From Epithemia pelagica (lineage: Eukaryota; Protista; Bacillariophyta), in contig OX337233.1 of NCBI GenBank assembly GCA_946965045.2, forward strand, positions 806,001 to 870,000: DNA of 64,000 bases, written 5' to 3'. The position numbers were made by a program, and so were the translations under genes. This document shows, piece after piece, positions 58,377-64,000 of this stretch; within the stretch, counting starts at the first letter, position 1; every line of letters begins with the position of its first letter. The notes below the pieces were generated by a model. The model was not told the DNA's origin. It searched no databases and was given only the letters and a program-made list of their open reading frames with translations.

Positions 58377-61300
58377 ATGGACAGTTCGATCCATTCCCCT
58401 TCTTCAAATGCTTCAAAAGTCTCGTGGCCCAGGAACTCTCGACTACATGTCCTCTTACTTGTGTTATCCTTTAAGACGCTTGGTTTTCTGACTGCCTGGG
58501 ACACTGTTGAAAAATTACCGTTTGCCGTTGCAGTTGCACAATCAAGTGGCATACAGAGCAATACAAACAGTCGGAGAGAGCTTCGACGATTTCCACCCAT
58601 CATTCACAAGGATATGTCTTGGATTCCTTTGGAGAAACCATCAAAAGCGATCCCAGAGGCACCCGGGCCGCAAGGCCGGGAGGCACACATGGAGATTGAT
58701 AAGAGCAGCATGACACAAATGGCTGAAAACAATCATGAAGAGGATAATGATCTAAGTCTTAATCGTATGTTGACCGAAGAGACTCGGGAAGAGGACGACA
58801 ATCATTGTATTCGCCAAGACTTGTTTGAAACTGACGAGCAACTTCAGCGTGTGCCGACAAAAACAGGAATGGCATTTTACCTCGGATCTAAAATCAAGCC
58901 GTTGCGAGTTGTTGGTATGGAACTTTCAGTGAACTCCGACCTGGGTGACCCAGAAGCATACGATTGGCGCATTCGAGTCTACGTCTCCAACAATACATAC
59001 AATGAACATGCCTTCGATGTCGATACGCATGAATATATCAAGGTAGCGGATGCGACTGCAGTGCTTCATCCAGATGGACAACGTGCCTTGATTCCTGCGC
59101 ATGCATTCCATCCTGTTTTCTTTGATCGCTTGCAACGCCGTACCATGTTCATTCGTGCTGCCGGGCCGTGGCTCAAGTACACCATCGACACCTTTGTCAA
59201 ACCCAAGGAGCAAGCCATCAAAGGCGATTTCATGACAATTTTTGCTGGCAGTCCAATGTTTTTCTACCCAGATCTGGAAACCCAAATCAATCAAGAAACT
59301 TCGGGTGAAGAGAACCCATTTGCCCTTCCGCCATCGTCCCCAGCTGCTATTACGTCAACATGGTTTGATGACAAGAATCAGGAATTCCCAGTTTCGCTTG
59401 ATCCCAAAACAGCATCAATTTTTTCTGGCAAGCTCCATCTCGAGTTTGAACGTGACATTTGCATCAATGAAGATGGAACGAATAACGCCGTCACGGTACC
59501 GCCTGAAAATATTGAGACTGAGTTAGAAATCCTTCATGTTGTCAACGCGACGTTGGGTGCCCCCGACTATCAGCGCATTGAAGAAGCAGTGAATAAGCAA
59601 GTGGACTGGATCCTTCAAAATAACCCTGCTTTGTCCGAGTTGGTAAATACCAGTCAAGTTCGCATGGAAGATTCATCCAAGGCTTTCTTCAGGAACTATG
59701 TAGGGAAGTGCTTGGTGCCTGATTGGATCTTGTGTAACTTCTTGGTGGTCAAAGTCACACTTCAACATGACGATACCGTGTCCTCTGGAGTCTTGAAGAG
59801 TCATGTATACACCCATTCTATCAGCGAGTTCTCCCGTGGTGCTGTCCTCCAGAATGTTCCGAGTACAATTGGTGCAGCGTATGTCGGGCTGACAACAGTA
59901 ACAGCTAATTTTCGAATGACCATCCATGGGATACCCGACAACATTCAAGAAATGGACAAGTACCAGACCGACTTTCTCCTTAACCAATTGACTGGTTTCT
60001 TGAACATGGAAATGCCAAATATCCATTCACAAGCTTTCACAATGAAATTAAACACTCAGCGATTTATCCAAACTAATAACGACCCCAAGACAAGAGGACG
60101 ACGTCAGTTACCAAGAGCAGCCTCCAACGCGGCGGCAGTTGACCCTCGAGCAATCCAAGAACGCCCAGGACAAAGTTTAGAACTCTCGGGTACAATCACA
60201 GGTGGCAACATTGTGTTTGAGGATGCCTCACAATTTGCCACACGTGTCGAAGAAGCCGTCGCCGATCAAGAGGCCGTCGACAAGTTCTTTGCTCATCTCA
60301 AATACAGGGCAAATTTGCCAGGTCCCCTATCAAAAAGAGAGCGCTACCATGTGTTTGAATGGATGTATTCTATGTCCAGTGATGTGGACAGTGCGGTCCG
60401 GGTACAGCCAGGCGGGGATGTAGATTCGGCAGGAAATGGACCTGGCGATTCTTCGAACGACATCATTTTAGACAAGCTGGGAGTTGACTTGTGGATTCTG
60501 GCTCTTGTGGCTGGCGTTGGGTCTTTGATCATCCTCCTTGTGTGCATGTGGTATGGGGTCCGATTGCTGTATCAGCCCAGTGGTCAGAACAAGACTTTGA
60601 ATGTCCCAGAAAGCGAGCCAACCGACGACCAGTGTGAAGCAGAATGCAACCCAAACTCTCGAGCCACTTCTTTGCGTCCTCAACTGCTCTTTCCATGGCA
60701 ATCGGAGCAACCGGACAGCGCATTTGTGGACCCACATGTTATATTGCAACCAGCAACTGGTTTATTACCTTCATGCATGGGCGGAACATCGCGTGGGTTT
60801 CAACTTCCATATGACATTCAAAGGAGCGACAATGTCCAGGAGGAGAAGCACGACGACGATGACGACGATACCACACGGCCACCACCAGAAATAGCCATTT
60901 TGTCTTCAGCTGACGTCCAGTACACGAGAAGCAATGCTGACGGTGATTTTTTGAGTACAGGAGAATCAAAGAAGAAGAAAAAGAAGAAAAAATCAAAGGG
61001 CAAGAAGAAAAAGAAGAAAAGCACCTCTGACGGTAGCACGGACAATGGTGATAGTTCTCCGGAGGATGAAGACGACGCTGCCACGTATTTCTCGGTGGAT
61101 CCTACGGTTGAAGAGACCACAATGGGTACCGCTTCCATCACACGACAAGACGACGACGAGGAACAAATCATGACGGGACGAAACGCAAAGTCCATCACTC
61201 AGTCCCCAAGAACCAACTACGACATCCACAATTCGTCGGCGTTCCGAAATGACCATCCACCATCACCCGTTACACCTCGGCGAGATAACGTGAGTCCGAC

Positions 61301-63008
61301 TGGACCATACTTTACAACCATATCACCCGGCAAGACTCCGCCCGGACATCTTCTTTTTCATGGCAAACCTCGTGCTGCATCGACCATTGCACCACGACAG
61401 AGACGTCATGTATTGCCACCACTGACATTTTCCCCCATGCAACACGCACAACATTCTAAACAACGTCCATCTTCGTGGTCGCGTGGCCGTGGAGCTGCCG
61501 CCTCAGCCGCACCCAAGCCACCTCGGACATCCAACAACTTGCTTCGTGTGGGTGCCGGGCCCCTTCCCCCCAATATTCGTCCTTCTCGTGGCGTTGTCAA
61601 GGGTGGTGGCCCGGCGATCAAGCGACCCTTTGTTCCTCATGGCAGTCTCTTGTCGTCCAAGACAACCACAGAATGTGGTAAAGATTTGGATGATGATGAA
61701 GAAGAAGTAATCGAACTTTTTGATGACAATGAACATGGCACAAACCCAAGGCAAGTGCCTCGACCATACCAAAGCACCATGGGTCCAGCACCTGTGAGGT
61801 CATTACCTCGACCTGCACCGCCACGACGCATGTCCAACCATCAGCCCACTCTTCATGACAGTATGAACTACATGGAAGCTACAGTGCCAGTCAATGAACT
61901 TCGAGAGCAGACGAACCATCACCCCACGACGATGCGCCGTACATCCATGCCCCAAGGGAGTCACCCGGATGACACGGCTGCATCCACCAATTTTTATGGA
62001 AGCATGAATAGTATCGGGGATTTCTTTGTGGTGGAGCCACAAAGTGCTGTACCAGCACCAGCATCATCATTACCGCATGTTCCAGCCACAGCCGCTACTG
62101 CCGAGCAATCCCGTCGGGCCAGTATGAACAGCAGCATGGACAGTATTGGTCAAATCTTTGTCCAGGACACCAAAACACAAGACTTTGTCTCCCCCGTCCG
62201 ACGACTGCAAGGTCGACGAGCTTCGGCGTCGTACAACATAGCACAGCCACAGAAACCCATGAATTTGCATGGAAGCATGAACGGGAGCTTTTCCTTTTAC
62301 CCAGAGACAAGCCGCAGCCGAAGTAGTAGCATTGGATGGAATCCTCCTGCGCCATGTCATGGATCTACCAATCACCACCCCCACCACAGTTCCAGTAGCT
62401 TCGGATATTCTGAAGGTGATGGTGGAGGATTCGAGGATCCTTCCCATCCACGTCCACAACGACGACGTTCCTCCGCGGCATATAGCATGAGTCGACCTCA
62501 AAAACCCATGAATTTGCATGGTAGCATGACCAGCTTGGAGGGAGGATATCAAGCATACCACCCCCCGTCTCCGACACATTGCCCACCACAGCCACCAGCA
62601 CCAGCACCGCAACAACAACAGCAACGACGGCGATCGTCTGGTTTCTTTTCCAATTGGTTTGCTTCGTCACCTTCACCATCGTCTCCAGTCAAGCAAGGTG
62701 GCTTGCGACGTGGATCCATGAAGCAGGCTCTCCGTCCTCCATCAACATCCGGCCCACAACAACCAACAACAAGAATCTTCCCGACGGTAACACCAGTTTC
62801 CTATACCTTGTCCTCTTTGCGACGCATGACGACCGCACAACTAAAGCAGTGTCTTGAAGCCGCAGGAGTTGACTTTGATCCTCGTTATATTGTCGAAAAG
62901 GACGACCTGATTCGAGTCTTTTATGCCAGTGGCAAAATAGACATTCTCCCCGAAAACACGAGGAAGAGCAGCAACAACAACAAGAACAACAACAACATCC
63001 CGTTGTGA
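58377..63008 (+). CDS. Large type I membrane protein with long disordered cytoplasmic tail and C-terminal SAP/HeH-like module (start uncertain)
   Basis: 1608-aa open frame; signal-like segment LHVLLLVLSFKTLGFLTAW; ~700-aa ectodomain; single TM LWILALVAGVGSLIILLVCMWYGV; poly-Lys; repeated xLHGSM motifs; terminal MTTAQLKQCLEAAGVDFDPRYIVEKDDLIRVF. Confidence 0.8.
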   Translation: MDSSIHSPSSNASKVSWPRNSRLHVLLLVLSFKTLGFLTAWDTVEKLPFAVAVAQSSGIQSNTNSRRELRRFPPIIHKDMSWIPLEKPSKAIPEAPGPQGREAHMEIDKSSMTQMAENNHEEDNDLSLNRMLTEETREEDDNHCIRQDLFETDEQLQRVPTKTGMAFYLGSKIKPLRVVGMELSVNSDLGDPEAYDWRIRVYVSNNTYNEHAFDVDTHEYIKVADATAVLHPDGQRALIPAHAFHPVFFDRLQRRTMFIRAAGPWLKYTIDTFVKPKEQAIKGDFMTIFAGSPMFFYPDLETQINQETSGEENPFALPPSSPAAITSTWFDDKNQEFPVSLDPKTASIFSGKLHLEFERDICINEDGTNNAVTVPPENIETELEILHVVNATLGAPDYQRIEEAVNKQVDWILQNNPALSELVNTSQVRMEDSSKAFFRNYVGKCLVPDWILCNFLVVKVTLQHDDTVSSGVLKSHVYTHSISEFSRGAVLQNVPSTIGAAYVGLTTVTANFRMTIHGIPDNIQEMDKYQTDFLLNQLTGFLNMEMPNIHSQAFTMKLNTQRFIQTNNDPKTRGRRQLPRAASNAAAVDPRAIQERPGQSLELSGTITGGNIVFEDASQFATRVEEAVADQEAVDKFFAHLKYRANLPGPLSKRERYHVFEWMYSMSSDVDSAVRVQPGGDVDSAGNGPGDSSNDIILDKLGVDLWILALVAGVGSLIILLVCMWYGVRLLYQPSGQNKTLNVPESEPTDDQCEAECNPNSRATSLRPQLLFPWQSEQPDSAFVDPHVILQPATGLLPSCMGGTSRGFQLPYDIQRSDNVQEEKHDDDDDDTTRPPPEIAILSSADVQYTRSNADGDFLSTGESKKKKKKKKSKGKKKKKKSTSDGSTDNGDSSPEDEDDAATYFSVDPTVEETTMGTASITRQDDDEEQIMTGRNAKSITQSPRTNYDIHNSSAFRNDHPPSPVTPRRDNVSPTGPYFTTISPGKTPPGHLLFHGKPRAASTIAPRQRRHVLPPLTFSPMQHAQHSKQRPSSWSRGRGAAASAAPKPPRTSNNLLRVGAGPLPPNIRPSRGVVKGGGPAIKRPFVPHGSLLSSKTTTECGKDLDDDEEEVIELFDDNEHGTNPRQVPRPYQSTMGPAPVRSLPRPAPPRRMSNHQPTLHDSMNYMEATVPVNELREQTNHHPTTMRRTSMPQGSHPDDTAASTNFYGSMNSIGDFFVVEPQSAVPAPASSLPHVPATAATAEQSRRASMNSSMDSIGQIFVQDTKTQDFVSPVRRLQGRRASASYNIAQPQKPMNLHGSMNGSFSFYPETSRSRSSSIGWNPPAPCHGSTNHHPHHSSSSFGYSEGDGGGFEDPSHPRPQRRRSSAAYSMSRPQKPMNLHGSMTSLEGGYQAYHPPSPTHCPPQPPAPAPQQQQQRRRSSGFFSNWFASSPSPSSPVKQGGLRRGSMKQALRPPSTSGPQQPTTRIFPTVTPVSYTLSSLRRMTTAQLKQCLEAAGVDFDPRYIVEKDDLIRVFYASGKIDILPENTRKSSNNNKNNNNIPL

Positions 63009-64000
63009 CAGAGACACAAACCTGAGAGACTCCCCAATCCACATATATTTCATTCCTAATAGCATGCAGCATGTATCAGAACTAATGTTCAACGTGTTGT
63101 TCCTTCCTTCTTGTTGTTGTCAGTGGGGGAGTAGAGCCGACAATCTTTGTCGAAGCAGCAGGATGCTGTTGTTGTTGGTTTTGTTTGTCATGACTTGCAA
63201 TCCATCGACCAAACTCCAATCCACATTTCGTCCGCATGATTACTCTCATTTCATAGAATAATGACCCAAAGCAATGTGAATGCGTCTTGATTTAGTATAG
63301 TTTCAGCATTATGCATGAGTGCGGATACTCTCTGAAAACTCTTCGTGTTGTTGTTTGTTTGAATACAGTGTTGGTTGGTACCAACGGCTCCTTGTCCTCG
63401 GCGTGTACAACAAAAGAATCTCGTGTGGAAACTGTTCATCTTCTCTTTCTCTTCTTTTCGTTGTCAATGTTGTTGTCGAGAGTTGGTCGAGCACCCAATT
63501 AATGAACTGACTTTACTAGCTAGTATAGTGTCTGTTGCAATGTATGTGGAATGGGACAATGAATCGTTCATACATATGCCATTCCGGTGTATGGGAAATG
63601 GCTGTGGTAACGTCTGGAATGGCCTTAGCGTCAATGGCAACAATCGTTCCGCTCCCCGACAAGGTCGAGAGTCGTGCCCTTATTGGAAACACAGAATAGC
63701 TTAAAACCAATGGCAACACGCGTGTCAGTAGCATCCCCATATTTTATTGTTTGTTTGTGGTTCTTGCCGCCTTGAGTATCGATAATCATGAGCGTAGGGG
63801 TGCACCGTCGCAAGGGCAACGAGTGAGGACTTGGCAATAAGTGGGAAGATCATAATATTGTAAGCAGCAGCGTCGCAGCAACTTCCGGTAATGGACTCAA
63901 AACTCCCCCTAGCGGGGGTGGTTTTGAGGTTGTAGTTTCTGTGAACCACCCCCATACCTTTTTCCTGGCTCCAGTCGGCCGGCATATCTCATTCCTTCCA

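Overview
Eukaryotic, gene-dense genomic DNA. It is most likely from a pennate diatom or other stramenopile (inference from short GT-AG introns with GTAAGT/GTACGT donors, N/D/T-rich low-complexity proteins, and diatom-type ankyrin, LRR, C2 and FkbM genes). Recognisable genes: a Myb/SANT protein resembling M18BP1/KNL2, an MCTP-like C2 protein, ankyrin and LRR proteins, GEX1/KAR5, a TMEM184/OSTalpha transporter, an FkbM methyltransferase, a three-exon PEX1, a two-exon MFS transporter and a very large type I membrane protein. Accessory content: three paralogous type II membrane-protein genes, each broken by a different lesion; a tandem pair of 10-Cys GPI-anchored proteins; and two multi-exon secreted proteins built as Lys/Gly/Tyr micro-exons + Pro/Thr/Lys mucin stalk + dirigent/allene-oxide-cyclase-like barrel. 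The most striking region is 51072-55558. It holds an apparently intact 4.27-kb Crypton-type tyrosine-recombinase transposon with a 5-exon ORF, whose two ends reconstitute a loxP/dif-like site (TACATCCCCC-CCTCGG-GGGGGATGTA). About 15 bp beyond it lies a ~200-nt rod-like hairpin in which nine internal loops are tandem G.A mismatches on the minus strand. All splice models and alignments were made by hand and need confirmation.
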